A DNA stretch of 64,000 nt from Gammaproteobacteria bacterium (GCA_965238175.1 CBDEGZ010000003.1:1088001-1152000), one strand, 5' to 3'; shown: positions 30,146-41,092, numbered from the stretch's first letter. Numbers and translations are program-made. Notes: generated by a model from the sequence alone, not told the origin.

Positions 30146-30388
30146 GGATTTACAATCCTTTACAGACTTGTGTGGCGTAGTTCAAATAGTATGGTAGGTA
30201 GAGAGGATAGATAAACTCAAAAATAAATAATACTCCTCTCTGTTTAGAAATATGGTTACCTACCCGGAAGCGGCTCAATCTTTCCCCCCTATAGAGCAAG
30301 CCCGGGTATTTTTTACATCCAAAAACTGAATTAGTGTTCGTCAGAGGCATATAAACCTCTGTATGAAGTACTAAACCCTAGTGAATCC

Positions 30389-31099
30389 CTAGTGTTTTAC
30401 TGCATCTGCACTTTCAGCAACGCGTTCTAGTCGGTAACCGTGTTGATAAATGGAAGTCAGACGCCAACCTTCTTCAGGGCTTATTCCAAGTTTGCCTCGG
30501 ATACGACTAACGTGCGTATCAACGGTTCGAGTGTTGATAATTGGGTTTCGACCCCAGACATTTTCTAAGATGTGTGCTCGTGACATAACACGTCCCTGAT
30601 TACGAAACAGAAATAATGCCAGTTCATATTCTTTTTGTGTCAGTTCGATCGCATTTCCATCTCGTTTGATACAACGGTTGGTTTTATCGATTTGGAAAGG
30701 CTCAAGATCAATCACTTCCTCATCATCATTGATAGAAGCTGAGCGTCGTTCAACAGCTTTCATTCTAGCCAGTAGTTCACGTTGCTTGATAGGCTTGATC
30801 ATATAATCATCAGCACCCGCTTGCAGGCCACTAACAATATCGTCTTCTCGATCCATTGCTGTACAAAACATAATAGGTACTGGCCAATCTATATTTTCGC
30901 GGATCCATTTAAGAACCTCTATCCCACTCATTTCTGGTACTAACCAGTCAAGGATGAGTAAATCGTAACTATCATTTTTGATCTGACGGATAAATTTGTG
31001 GCTACTGTTAAAATGATCAACTCGATGACCAGCATTTGTTAACCACTGTACAAGTAAGTTTGCATGATCAATATCGTCTTCTAGAAGTGCTACTCGCAT
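30389..31099 (-). CDS. OmpR-family response regulator (orphan)
   Basis: Receiver domain (LLEDD, LDW..P, GADDY..KP) plus winged helix (RTVDTHVSRIR). Confidence 0.93.
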   Translation of the reverse strand: MRVALLEDDIDHANLLVQWLTNAGHRVDHFNSSHKFIRQIKNDSYDLLILDWLVPEMSGIEVLKWIRENIDWPVPIMFCTAMDREDDIVSGLQAGADDYMIKPIKQRELLARMKAVERRSASINDDEEVIDLEPFQIDKTNRCIKRDGNAIELTQKEYELALFLFRNQGRVMSRAHILENVWGRNPIINTRTVDTHVSRIRGKLGISPEEGWRLTSIYQHGYRLERVAESADAVKH

Positions 31100-31243
31100 G
31101 TGTAATTCCCCTGTTATATTTAGCAATAATGCATTATTTTACGAAATCTTACAAATGGTTCTAACATGTAATTCTAGCTCACATGAGAATGGTGACAGAG
31201 AATGCAGATTAAGGTAGTTTTAATATTCTGAGCTAAAGGTTCG

Positions 31244-31666
31244 ATGATGGAGAATAGTATGGGACAGAAAAATCGTGAGAAGGTAATCAAAACGGATGAA
31301 GAATGGCAAGAAGTGCTGAATAAAGAGCAATATGAGGTGTGTCGTAACCATGGTACCGAAAGGGCATTTACAGGTGAGTATACAGATTGCCATGATAATG
31401 GAACTTATTGTTGTATTGCTTGTGGTGAGCCTTTATTTGAATCAACTTCTAAATTTGATTCAGGTTGCGGTTGGCCAAGTTTTTCAATACCCATAACAGG
31501 GGACGGAATTATGGAAAAGAAAGATACTAGTCATGGAATGATAAGAACGGAAGTACTGTGTTCTGTTTGTGACTCTCATCTTGGTCATGTTTTTGAAGAT
31601 GGACCTGCTCCTGATAATCTACGCTATTGTATCAACTCGGTTGCTCTTAATCTGAAAAAAGAATAA
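31244..31666 (+). CDS. msrB: Peptide-methionine (R)-S-oxide reductase MsrB
   Basis: [28 protein letters not shown] and RYCINS motifs. Confidence 0.97.
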   Translation: MMENSMGQKNREKVIKTDEEWQEVLNKEQYEVCRNHGTERAFTGEYTDCHDNGTYCCIACGEPLFESTSKFDSGCGWPSFSIPITGDGIMEKKDTSHGMIRTEVLCSVCDSHLGHVFEDGPAPDNLRYCINSVALNLKKE

Positions 31667-31830
31667 TACCGGTTGTGCTTCGAATTCAACTTTAAGCAAA
31701 ACAAAAAAAGTTTGTTTTTTATTGGTGTTTTTAAAATATCTTTACTGGAACAGGGATTAAAGGCTGGGGTTTTTTTGCCGCTAAGTTTGTTCATAACAAA
31801 ATACATTAAACCTCGGAACCGATAAGATAA

Positions 31831-32685
31831 ATGTACGAGCATTTTTTTAATTTACGTAGTAGCCCATTTAAGTTGAGCCCGAACCCCGATTTTTTTTATG
31901 ATAGCTCGGGTCATAAGCGCGCACTTTCCTACTTACGTTTTGGTGTTAGTAGAGAAGAAGGTTTCATAATTATTACTGGTGGAGTTGGTGTCGGTAAGAG
32001 TACCCTTGCAGGCACTTTACTTTCAGAACTTAACCCCGATGAGATCGTCGCCGGCCAATTGGTTTCTACTAGTGTTGGTCCAGCAGGTATTTTAGGTTTG
32101 GTTTGTAATGTGTTTGGCTTACCTTATAGCGAAAAAACGTCCAAACCAATGTTACTGAAAATGATCCAGAAATTTTTGCTCGCCTGTCATGATAGTAATC
32201 GAAGAGTGTTGCTTATTGTCGATGAAGCTCAGAATTTACCGATAAAAACCATTGAAGAATTAAGAATGTTGTCAAATTTTATGGTCGATAATGCGCCATT
32301 ATTACAGACATTCCTGCTTGGGCAAGCCGAATTTAGAGAGACTGTTTCTGGGCCAGGAATGGAACAATTGCGGCAACGTGTGATTGCTTCATACCATTTA
32401 AAACCGCTTGCAGAGGGGGAAGTTTACGAATACGTTTATCATCGTTTGAAGCATGCTGGTTTTACTGGTTATGAAATTTTCACAAAAGATGCTTGCTTGG
32501 AAATTTATAAACATACCAGTGGAATTCCAAGAAAGATCAATGTGTTATGCGATCGCGTGATGTTGTTAGGTAGTTTGGAAGAAAATCATATTCTTGATGT
32601 CGGGATGGTTTTAGCCGTTGTTAATGAACTTGCCGAAGAACCAACAGCATTTCAGAATACAACTGTCATACACAGTAACCTCTAA
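31831..32685 (+). CDS. ExeA-like AAA ATPase (XrtA/PEP-CTERM-associated type)
   Basis: PF.LSPNPDFFY.S.GHKRAL.YL, G..GVGKST, DEAQNL..EELRMLSNF and GIPRKIN motifs. Confidence 0.85.
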   Translation: MYEHFFNLRSSPFKLSPNPDFFYDSSGHKRALSYLRFGVSREEGFIIITGGVGVGKSTLAGTLLSELNPDEIVAGQLVSTSVGPAGILGLVCNVFGLPYSEKTSKPMLLKMIQKFLLACHDSNRRVLLIVDEAQNLPIKTIEELRMLSNFMVDNAPLLQTFLLGQAEFRETVSGPGMEQLRQRVIASYHLKPLAEGEVYEYVYHRLKHAGFTGYEIFTKDACLEIYKHTSGIPRKINVLCDRVMLLGSLEENHILDVGMVLAVVNELAEEPTAFQNTTVIHSNL

Positions 32686-32725
32686 GCTTTCTGAATGAGT
32701 ACATTTTAAGATCTGAATCTACTTT

Positions 32726-34129
32726 TTAATTCGTCGAACTAAACCAGTTTAACTTTCCACTCAGTTTCACGACGTTACCAATAATAATCAGTGTTGGTGG
32801 TTGTATCGTTTTATTTTCAATGAGGTAAGGCATAGTTTCTAGTGTACCAATTAAGGTTTTTTGATCCGCTGTTGTACCTTGTTCGATCAATGCTATGGGC
32901 ATTTTTTGATCCATTCCGTGTGAGATGAGTTCCTCACAAACCTTTCGTAAACCTATCAAGCCCATATAAATTACGATGGTTTGGTTCTGATGTGTAAGAG
33001 AATCCCAGTTCAGGTCAACACTTCCATCCTTAAGGTGTCCCGTGACGAAGATACAAGACTGTGCGTAATCTCGGTGTGTTAATGGAATGCCTGCGTAACT
33101 GGCACATCCTGACGCAGCAGTGATGCCAGGAACAACTTGGAAGGAAATGCCTTCATCAGAAAGCGTTTCAATTTCTTCACCGCCACGGCCAAAAATAAAG
33201 GGATCACCTCCCTTTAACCGAATGACGTGCTTGCCTTCTTTTGCAAGGCGAACAAGCAACTCATTAATGTTTTCTTGTGGTAATGTATGTAGGTCTCGTT
33301 TTTTCCCTACATAAATCCGTTCAGCATCTTTTCTAACTAGGTCCACAATTTGATCAGAAACAAGCCGATCAAAAAGTACGACATCAGCTTGTTGCATCAA
33401 CCGCAATGCTCTGAAAGTAAGCAGATCAGGATCTCCAGGACCGCAGCCGATTAAGGCAACATTGCCGGTTTCGACTAAAAACTGATCTGATTTTTCAATG
33501 AGATTTTCCAACTGATGTTGAGCTGCTTTTTCCTGACCAGAAAAGAGTAGTTCAGCAATTGAACTCTGTAAGATATGTTCCCAGAAATTTCGGCGTTGTT
33601 TAAGATCAGGGAATTTCTGTTTTACCTGATCACGATATTGGCCCATCAGAGACGCCAATTTTCCATAAGAAGAAGGGATCAACGTTTCCAGTTTTGCACG
33701 CAACAGACGTGCAAGTACTGGGGAATTACCACACGTGGAGATGGCGATTTGTACAGGCAATCGCTCAATAATGGAGGGCATGATAAACGTGCACAGATCT
33801 GGATCGTCGACGACATTAACCGGAATATTGCGTTTCTGAGCTAGAGTTGAAATGGATTTATTCAATTCTCTATCGTTGGTAGCTGCAATGACTAAGTGAC
33901 ATGTGTCAAGGTTTGACTCCGAAAATGCAGAGCCCTTATGCAGTACCTTGCCGACTTTTACCAGTGTCGATATTTCTTCACATACGTCTGGTGAAATCAC
34001 AATAATTGTCGTTTCAGTCTTTAACAAAGCACGTATTTTTCTTAGCGCTATCTCGCCACCACCTACGACTAAACAGGTTTGATCTTTTAGTTTCAGAAAA
34101 ACAGCTAAGTTTGGGGTAAACATCACCAT
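32726..34129 (-). CDS. cysG: Siroheme synthase
   Basis: N-terminal dehydrogenase/chelatase (VVGGG, NVVD) plus methyltransferase (GPGDPDLLT, RLKGGDPFIFGRGGEE). Confidence 0.97.
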   Translation of the reverse strand: MVMFTPNLAVFLKLKDQTCLVVGGGEIALRKIRALLKTETTIIVISPDVCEEISTLVKVGKVLHKGSAFSESNLDTCHLVIAATNDRELNKSISTLAQKRNIPVNVVDDPDLCTFIMPSIIERLPVQIAISTCGNSPVLARLLRAKLETLIPSSYGKLASLMGQYRDQVKQKFPDLKQRRNFWEHILQSSIAELLFSGQEKAAQHQLENLIEKSDQFLVETGNVALIGCGPGDPDLLTFRALRLMQQADVVLFDRLVSDQIVDLVRKDAERIYVGKKRDLHTLPQENINELLVRLAKEGKHVIRLKGGDPFIFGRGGEEIETLSDEGISFQVVPGITAASGCASYAGIPLTHRDYAQSCIFVTGHLKDGSVDLNWDSLTHQNQTIVIYMGLIGLRKVCEELISHGMDQKMPIALIEQGTTADQKTLIGTLETMPYLIENKTIQPPTLIIIGNVVKLSGKLNWFSSTN

Positions 34130-34248
34130 ATTATAACCATTTTGATGCTTATAAATGTGTACCTATCTTTCTAAAGTTTCACTTAGACACACCGATATAT
34201 TGTGTAGTCAATTTCAAAATGTAGTGCTTAAATAAAGAGGAAGTTACA

Positions 34249-35007
34249 GTGGATTTAGCAACACTCGTCGGTTTTATTGTCGCAGTAGGTATCATTATGG
34301 CAGCCATGATAATGGGTGGCGGTATTGGTCCATTTATTGACATTCCTTCGCTATTGGTTGTGGTGGGAGGGACTGTTGGTGCAGTAATGATGAACTTTAC
34401 ACTGGGACAATTTCTGGGTGCGGTTAAAGTTGCTCTTAAGGCACTCATGTTCAAAATTGATTCCCCAGAAAATCTGATCGATATGGTTGTTGAAATGGCG
34501 AATGAGGCACGGACGGGTGGTTTGCTTGCATTGGAAGGCAAAGAAACCGAGAACGCTTTTTTATCAAAAGGTATCCAACTTATGGTCGATGGCCATGAGC
34601 CAGCTGTTGTTAAAGAGACATTAAAAGCAGAAATGAGCCAGGCTGAAGCAAGACATGAATCCGGCATACTCATCTTTACTACTATCGGGAATATGGCACC
34701 GGCGATGGGCATGATTGGAACACTTGTAGGGCTAGTGTTGATGTTAGGTAACATGAGTGATCCTGCTTCGATAGGACCTTCTATGGCGGTTGCATTGTTA
34801 ACAACACTTTATGGTGCTTTGATAGCGAATGTGTTTGCCATACCAACGGCGGGGAAACTATCGTTACGCAAAGCTGAGGAAGTAATGATCCAATCAATGA
34901 TTATCGATGCCGTGTCGGGAATTCAAGAAGGACGAAATCCACGTGTAATAGAAGAATTACTCAGAACCTACCAACATGGTTCAAAACGTCCGGCTGATGA
35001 AGGCTAA
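34249..35007 (+). CDS. pomA: Flagellar stator A subunit (PomA/MotA)
   Basis: 252 aa with APAMGMIGTLVGLV and MAVALLTTLYGA motifs; short PomA-like length. Confidence 0.85.
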   Translation: MDLATLVGFIVAVGIIMAAMIMGGGIGPFIDIPSLLVVVGGTVGAVMMNFTLGQFLGAVKVALKALMFKIDSPENLIDMVVEMANEARTGGLLALEGKETENAFLSKGIQLMVDGHEPAVVKETLKAEMSQAEARHESGILIFTTIGNMAPAMGMIGTLVGLVLMLGNMSDPASIGPSMAVALLTTLYGALIANVFAIPTAGKLSLRKAEEVMIQSMIIDAVSGIQEGRNPRVIEELLRTYQHGSKRPADEG

Positions 35008-35045
35008 TAAAAGTAATACCGACTAAGCAAATTAGGGATAAATAA

Positions 35046-35990
35046 GTGGAAGAAGAAGACGAGGTCAAATGTGACTGTCCCGCAGGAATACCTGCATGGG
35101 TAATGACATTTGCAGATTTAATGTCATTGCTAATGTGCTTTTTTGTGCTCTTATTGTCTTTTGCTGAAATGGATATTCAAAAATTCAAGCAAGTAAAGGG
35201 TTCCCTAAATGAAGCATTTGGAGTTCAAAGGCAAGTGTCGGCCAGTGAAATTCCTAAAGGAACCAGTTTGATCGCAGATGAGTTTAGTTCAGCGGCACCA
35301 CAGTCTACATTGATTAACGAAGTACGTCAGGTCACCACAGATGATACAAAACAAACATTAGAATTCACTGATGCTTTAGAGAAATCTTCAGGAGAAGGTG
35401 AAAAACAACAAAAAGAAGCTGAGGTTAGTGAAGAGACGGCAAAAGATAGTTTGAAGCTTCAAACAGCACTTTCTGAAGAGATCGATAAAGGTCTGGTTGA
35501 AATTGAGACACAGCCAGGTGCAATTATTATTCGGATCAGTGAAAAAGCATCGTTTCCTTCTGGTGCCGCCAAAATAAGGAATAGTTTTATTCCCGTTTTA
35601 GAGAAACTACGTCAGGCTCTCTCGGAGGTTAATGGCAAGGTAAAGGTTGCAGGCCATACGGATAATCGACCCATTAAAACTGCAAGGTTTAGATCAAACT
35701 GGGAGTTATCGGCCTCACGAGCAGTGTCAGTGGTACATGAATTGCTTGCAGAAAAGATAATTCCACGCGAACGTTTTATTGTTGAGGGTCATGGAGATGC
35801 TCACCCTATCGTTGACAATGATTCAAATGAAAGCCGGGCAAAAAATAGACGTGTTGAACTCACAATTGTTCAAAATAATGATGCAAATGTGCAACAACAG
35901 ATAAATGTGACAGGATCTGAGGATGAGACAGACCAAGAAGTAGAGCCGTTGTCAGAGCCTGACCCATTAGATGAGCTAACAACAAGTTAA
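35046..35990 (+). CDS. pomB: Flagellar stator B subunit (PomB/MotB)
   Basis: W..TFADLMSLLMCFFVLL transmembrane segment and OmpA-like domain (GHTD, NWELS..RA, NRRVE). Confidence 0.85.
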   Translation: MEEEDEVKCDCPAGIPAWVMTFADLMSLLMCFFVLLLSFAEMDIQKFKQVKGSLNEAFGVQRQVSASEIPKGTSLIADEFSSAAPQSTLINEVRQVTTDDTKQTLEFTDALEKSSGEGEKQQKEAEVSEETAKDSLKLQTALSEEIDKGLVEIETQPGAIIIRISEKASFPSGAAKIRNSFIPVLEKLRQALSEVNGKVKVAGHTDNRPIKTARFRSNWELSASRAVSVVHELLAEKIIPRERFIVEGHGDAHPIVDNDSNESRAKNRRVELTIVQNNDANVQQQINVTGSEDETDQEVEPLSEPDPLDELTTS

Positions 35991-36004
35991 GGATTATATA
36001 CAAT

Positions 36005-36643
36005 ATGGAAGAAAGAAGAAGGTTTTATCGAATTGATGACAGCGTAGTTCTGAATTATCGTGCGTTTCCCGAGGATCAGATTGGCGAGGAAGTTTCACGG
36101 CTGAAATTATTGGGTTCACAACATCAATCGTTGCAGACATCGCTAGGGGGGCTTGAATTAAGATTAGATTTCTTACTTGAAGAAATCTCAGAGCCGCTGC
36201 CTGAAATTGCAGAAGCGCTTAAAATTATTAATCGTAAAATAAGCATACTTAGTCATTTAGACAATGCAAATGCTGAGACTGCGTTAGGTTTGCTTCCAGA
36301 TAAATCTTCTGTAGAACCTCAAGCAGTTAATCTAAGTGGTAGTGGTCTTGCGTTCTTTTCTCCTACAAATTTTTCTAATGGAGAAACAATGGAAATCCAA
36401 TTCATTTTACTCCCTGAATATTATGACATTAAGGCAATTGGCCGCGTTGTTAGTAGTCGTGAATCAGGCAGTGATGAACCAGAGAGAAAATTCGAAGTTG
36501 CTGTAGATTTCATATATTTAAATGAAAAAGATCAAGAATTTATCGTTTCTCACATACTACGTAAGCAAGGCGAAGAACTAAAGGAACAAAGAGAGCTTGA
36601 AAAAGTTGAAGTACCTAGTCAGGAAATGGAAATACACAGCTAG
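36005..36643 (+). CDS. PilZ-domain c-di-GMP receptor
   Basis: ERRRFYRID (RxxxR) and NLSGSG motifs; follows the stator genes. Confidence 0.88.
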   Translation: MEERRRFYRIDDSVVLNYRAFPEDQIGEEVSRLKLLGSQHQSLQTSLGGLELRLDFLLEEISEPLPEIAEALKIINRKISILSHLDNANAETALGLLPDKSSVEPQAVNLSGSGLAFFSPTNFSNGETMEIQFILLPEYYDIKAIGRVVSSRESGSDEPERKFEVAVDFIYLNEKDQEFIVSHILRKQGEELKEQRELEKVEVPSQEMEIHS

Positions 36644-36673
36644 TTTTTGATACTACAGAAATAGTAAGAAACT

Positions 36674-36707
36674 TTTTCAGGAGTGAACAAGCGTCCACTC
36701 CTGAAAA
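36674..36707. terminator. Hairpin, probable bidirectional terminator between convergent genes
   Basis: TTTTCAGGAGTG...CACTCCTGAAAA 12-bp inverted repeat. Confidence 0.7.
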
Positions 36708-36720
36708 GTCTTGTGTGAGA

Positions 36721-37191
36721 TTAGCCTTCACCATCTGTTGTTGCAGCTTCTTTAACCTCATCGACCATTTTTCCAGCCCCATCCGCCATGTTAGAGGCAG
36801 CTTCTTTCGTCGCATCCATAGCGTCAGAAGCCATTCCCTTCGTCGCATCCATAGCGTCAGAAGCCATTCCCTTCGTCGCATCCATGGTGTCAGAAGCCAT
36901 TTCCTTTGTCGCATCCATGGTGTCAGAAGCCATTCCCTTCGTCGCATCCATGGTGTCAGAAGCCATTTCCTTTGTCGCATCCATGGTGTCAGAAGCCATT
37001 TCCTTTGTCGCATCCATGGTGTCAGAAGCCATTTCCTTTGTCGCATCCATGGTGTCAGAAGCCATTTCCTTTGTCGCATCCATGGTGTCAGAAGCCATTT
37101 CCTTTGTGCTGTTTGCTGCTTCTTTGGCCTTTTCACAACCTGTGATCATTAATGCTGAAGTGAATGTTAATAAAACTAATAATTTTTTCAT
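36721..37191 (-). CDS. Lipoprotein with Met-rich 11-residue tandem repeats (LEA-like)
   Basis: Signal peptide with lipobox ITGC, then 9 x TK(E/G)MASD(T/A)MDA. Confidence 0.85.
   Translation of the reverse strand: MKKLLVLLTFTSALMITGCEKAKEAANSTKEMASDTMDATKEMASDTMDATKEMASDTMDATKEMASDTMDATKEMASDTMDATKGMASDTMDATKEMASDTMDATKGMASDAMDATKGMASDAMDATKEAASNMADGAGKMVDEVKEAATTDGEG
36811..37107 (-). repeat. Coding tandem repeat, 9 x 33 bp
   Basis: Unit CGCATCCATGGTGTCAGAAGCCATTTCCTTTGT on the + strand with few variants; no spacers. Confidence 0.95.
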
Positions 37192-37253
37192 GATTCTCCC
37201 CCTATAAGAGATTATACTAAATTAAAGGCGGTAAATAATTTACCGACCTGAGA

Positions 37254-37820
37254 TTACAATTTCGGAACAGTTACACCTGTTTGTCCTTGATATTTTCCAT
37301 TTCTGTCCTTGTATGACGTTTCGCAAATTTCATCTGCTCCGAGAAACAAAACCTGCGCAACACCTTCATTAGCGTAGATTTTAGCTGGGAGAGGTGTCGT
37401 ATTGGAAAATTCCAGTGTCACATGTCCCTCCCACTCAGGTTCTAGCGGCGTAACATTGACGATGATACCACAACGAGCATAAGTTGATTTTCCAAGGCAA
37501 ATAGTCAAAACATCTCGTGGAATACGGAAATATTCAACGGTGCGGGCCAGGGCAAAAGAATTCGGTGGAATAATGCAAACGTCGGACTTGATATCGACAA
37601 AGCTATTGGGGTCGAACTCTTTTGGGTCGACGACGGCTGAATTGATATTGGTAAAAATTTTAAATTCATCAGAACAACGAATATCGTATCCATAGCTTGA
37701 TGTTCCATAAGAAATAGCACGACCGTTAGTGCCTTCACGGATCTGATCCGTTTCGAATGGCTCGATCATGTTTTGTTCTTTAACCATACGGCGGATCCAT
37801 GTGTCGGATTTAATACTCAT
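37254..37820 (-). CDS. dcd: dCTP deaminase
   Basis: [19 protein letters not shown] and PLEPEWEG motifs. Confidence 0.97.
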   Translation of the reverse strand: MSIKSDTWIRRMVKEQNMIEPFETDQIREGTNGRAISYGTSSYGYDIRCSDEFKIFTNINSAVVDPKEFDPNSFVDIKSDVCIIPPNSFALARTVEYFRIPRDVLTICLGKSTYARCGIIVNVTPLEPEWEGHVTLEFSNTTPLPAKIYANEGVAQVLFLGADEICETSYKDRNGKYQGQTGVTVPKL

Positions 37821-37862
37821 TATTATTAACTCTTTGTAATTATTTGTTCTTAAAATTATTGA

Positions 37863-38954
37863 TCATGACTCAATGACAATTTTAGGCATTTTCGCGGTGA
37901 AATCCCGAGGTTTTTGCGAGATAGAAACGGCAACCTGTCTAGCGATTTCCGTGAATGTTGCCGTGACGGGAGATGCTGGATCAGAAGCAACCGTTGGTTT
38001 TGCGTTGTCGACACCTTCTCGAATTTCGATAGCAAGCGGAATTTGGCCTAATAATCGAATACCGTACCGATCCGCCATGGTTTCACCACCACCACTGCCG
38101 AAAATCGCTTCTTCATGACCGCAGTTTGAGCAAACATGTGTACTCATATTTTCGATCACACCAAGGACATTAACAGATACTTTTTCAAACATTTTCAATG
38201 CTTTATTCGCATCGATCAATGAAATATCCTGCGGTGTTGTAACAATAACTGCGCCAGTGACAGGAATATTCTGACAAAGCGTGAGTTGAATATCACCGGT
38301 GCCCGGCGGAAGATCAATAACCAAATAATCCAGATCATCCCAATTTGTTTCTTTTAGCAATTGTTGCAGCGCAGAGGTTGCCATTGGCCCACGCCAGATA
38401 ACCGGAGTATCATCACCATCTGTCATATTGCCCATAGAGACAGATTGAAGTCCAAGCGACTCCATAGGCTCCATGGTTTTGCCATCTTGGGAAGTGATTT
38501 TTCCATCAGCGCCAAGCATGGTCGGCAGACTAGGGCCATAAATATCCGCGTCCATCATACCAACGCGTGCGCCTTCTGCTTTGAGTGCAAGTGCAAGGTT
38601 CACGGCCATGGTCGATTTGCCGACACCGCCTTTTCCTGAGCCTACTGCGATAACATTTTTAACGCCTCTCAATGCTTCAACATTTTTCTGGACGGCGTGC
38701 GAGCGAATATTTGATTTGATGTTGACGAGAACATCGATTGCCGGAGCCTGATACTTAATTTTAGAATATATCTCTTCAGAAATGGCGTGTTTCATCCCTT
38801 CAATCGGAATGCCTAACTCCAGCTCAACCTTGATCAAACTTTCATTGATTGAAATATCTTTTACCATGCCAGCCGAAACAGGATCCGTTTCAAAATAGGG
38901 TAGGATATAGTCAGCCAGTACCGATCTAATCAGTTGTTCCGAAATTTTCGACAT
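37863..38954 (-). CDS. apbC: Fe-S cluster carrier ApbC/Mrp
   Basis: SGKGGVGKST, DADIYGPS, DLPPGTGD and ENMS..CSNC motifs. Confidence 0.96.
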   Translation of the reverse strand: MSKISEQLIRSVLADYILPYFETDPVSAGMVKDISINESLIKVELELGIPIEGMKHAISEEIYSKIKYQAPAIDVLVNIKSNIRSHAVQKNVEALRGVKNVIAVGSGKGGVGKSTMAVNLALALKAEGARVGMMDADIYGPSLPTMLGADGKITSQDGKTMEPMESLGLQSVSMGNMTDGDDTPVIWRGPMATSALQQLLKETNWDDLDYLVIDLPPGTGDIQLTLCQNIPVTGAVIVTTPQDISLIDANKALKMFEKVSVNVLGVIENMSTHVCSNCGHEEAIFGSGGGETMADRYGIRLLGQIPLAIEIREGVDNAKPTVASDPASPVTATFTEIARQVAVSISQKPRDFTAKMPKIVIES

Positions 38955-39061
38955 CTTTGTTAGTTTATCCTATAAATAAAGCATCGTATTCTACACCACA
39001 ACCTTCAAGGAAACGTCATGCCGTGGTACCTTAGGCACAAATTTATCGGCTATAAAAAATA

Positions 39062-41092
39062 ATGACAAAACAACAACGAAAAATTCTTGTAACCAGTGCT
39101 TTGCCCTATGCGAATGGACCAATCCATCTTGGCCACCTGGTGGAATATATTCAGACAGATATTTGGGCGAGATATCAGAAAATGTGTGGCCATGATTGTT
39201 ACTACGTTTGTGCCGATGATGCACATGGGACGCCGATCATGCTCCGCGCGCAGCAGGATGGAATTACGCCGGAACAATTGATCGAAAAAATAAGCGAACA
39301 ACATCAGCGTGATTTCGCTGATTTCTCGGTTGGTTTTGATAATTATTACACTACCCATTCAGCAGAAAACAAAGAACTTGCTGAAACGATCTATTTGAAA
39401 CTACGTGAAGCCGGACATATTGATCGGCGAGTTATCAGTCAGGCTTACGATTCTGTAAAGGAAATGTTCTTACCTGATCGATTTATCCGAGGTGAATGCC
39501 CAAAATGTAATGCGACAGATCAATATGGCGATAACTGTGAAGTCTGTGGTTCAACTTATGATCCGACAGAATTAAAAAATCCGCTGTCCGTCGTCAGTGG
39601 TACAACACCGATCGAAAAAGAATCCGAACATTTCTTTTTCAAGTTGACCGATTTTGAAGCCATGTTGAAAGGTTGGATGAAGGCCGGGCATCTACAAACT
39701 GAAGTCGCTAACAAGCTCGAAGAATGGTTTGAGATTGGTTTGAATGATTGGGATATCTCACGCGACAAACCTTATTTTGGTTTTGAGATCCCCGATGCTC
39801 CGGGTAAATATTTCTATGTTTGGCTAGATGCACCGATGGGTTATTTCTCCAGCTTCAAAAATCTCTGCGATAAATCAGACATCGATTTTGATGAATACCT
39901 TGGAAAAGACAGCGCTGCTGAGCTTTACCATTTTATTGGTAAAGACATCATACGTTTCCACGGGCTTTTCTGGCCGGCGGTTTTATCAGGAGCAGGATAC
40001 CGTACACCAACAGCGATTTTTGCACATGGATTTTTAACCGTTAACGGACAGAAAATGTCTAAATCTCGTGGCACGTTCATTATGGCACGAACCTATCTTG
40101 ATCATCTTAACCCAGAATATTTACGTTATTATTTCGCAGGAAAATTAGGTAGTGGTATTGATGATCTTGATCTGAACATGGAAGACTTTCAGCTTCGAGT
40201 AAATTCAGATCTGGTTGGTAAGGTCGTAAACATTGCCAGTCGATGTGCCGGATTTATTACGAAACGATTTGATGGAAAACTCGGATCAGAAATAGAAAAT
40301 TCCGAACTGATCAAAAAGATTACAGATGCGTCTGACAGTATAGGGCAAGCTTATGAAAGCCGTGAGTATTCGCGGGCGATGCGAGAGATAATGAGTTTGG
40401 CCGATCAAGTTAACCAATATATTGATGATCGAAAACCATGGGTAGTTGCGAAACAAGAAGGCGCCGATAAAGAACTACAGGCAATTTGTACCACAGGAAT
40501 AAACTGCTTTTGTTTATTAATAAATTATTTAAAACCGGTCTTACCCGAGATGGCTGAAAGAACAGAGGATTTCCTTAATATCGAGCCAATGATATGGGCG
40601 AGTATTGATCAAATTTTACTTGATCATGAGATCAATAAATTTAAACCTTTAATGACGCGTGTCGAAGAAAAAGCGGTGAGCGCAATGATCGAAGATAGTA
40701 AACAAACCATGGAAAGTTCTCAGCCGCAAAAGGCTAAGTCTGAAGCCTTAATGAAAGATCCAATTTCTAGTGAAATCAGTTTTGATGATTTTGCCAAAGT
40801 CGATTTGCGTATTGCAAAAATTGTCAAGGCTGATCATGTTGAAGGTGCCGATAAACTATTACAACTTACATTAGATATTGGTGAAGAACGTAACGTTTTT
40901 GCTGGCATAAAATCGGCCTATAATCCTGAAGAATTAGAAGGAAAACTCACAGTAATGGTCGCTAATTTAGCGCCACGAAAAATGCGCTTTGGCCTTTCTG
41001 AGGGCATGGTTTTGGCCGCAGGGGCGGGCGGAAAAGATCTATTTATTCTTAATCCTGACGAAGGCGCACAGCCAGGAATGCGAGTAAAATGA
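39062..41092 (+). CDS. metG: Methionine--tRNA ligase
   Basis: [16 protein letters not shown], zinc knuckle and C-terminal tRNA-binding domain. Confidence 0.98.
   Translation: MTKQQRKILVTSALPYANGPIHLGHLVEYIQTDIWARYQKMCGHDCYYVCADDAHGTPIMLRAQQDGITPEQLIEKISEQHQRDFADFSVGFDNYYTTHSAENKELAETIYLKLREAGHIDRRVISQAYDSVKEMFLPDRFIRGECPKCNATDQYGDNCEVCGSTYDPTELKNPLSVVSGTTPIEKESEHFFFKLTDFEAMLKGWMKAGHLQTEVANKLEEWFEIGLNDWDISRDKPYFGFEIPDAPGKYFYVWLDAPMGYFSSFKNLCDKSDIDFDEYLGKDSAAELYHFIGKDIIRFHGLFWPAVLSGAGYRTPTAIFAHGFLTVNGQKMSKSRGTFIMARTYLDHLNPEYLRYYFAGKLGSGIDDLDLNMEDFQLRVNSDLVGKVVNIASRCAGFITKRFDGKLGSEIENSELIKKITDASDSIGQAYESREYSRAMREIMSLADQVNQYIDDRKPWVVAKQEGADKELQAICTTGINCFCLLINYLKPVLPEMAERTEDFLNIEPMIWASIDQILLDHEINKFKPLMTRVEEKAVSAMIEDSKQTMESSQPQKAKSEALMKDPISSEISFDDFAKVDLRIAKIVKADHVEGADKLLQLTLDIGEERNVFAGIKSAYNPEELEGKLTVMVANLAPRKMRFGLSEGMVLAAGAGGKDLFILNPDEGAQPGMRVK

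Noticed and set aside
36811-37107. 33-bp repeats as a CRISPR array
   Set aside because: The units are head-to-tail with no unique spacers, in frame within a lipoprotein, and there are no cas genes.
36615-37207. Alternative-frame ORFs over the tandem repeat
   Set aside because: They are by-products of a stop-free 33-bp repeat. Only the 36721-37191 frame has a signal peptide and lipobox.
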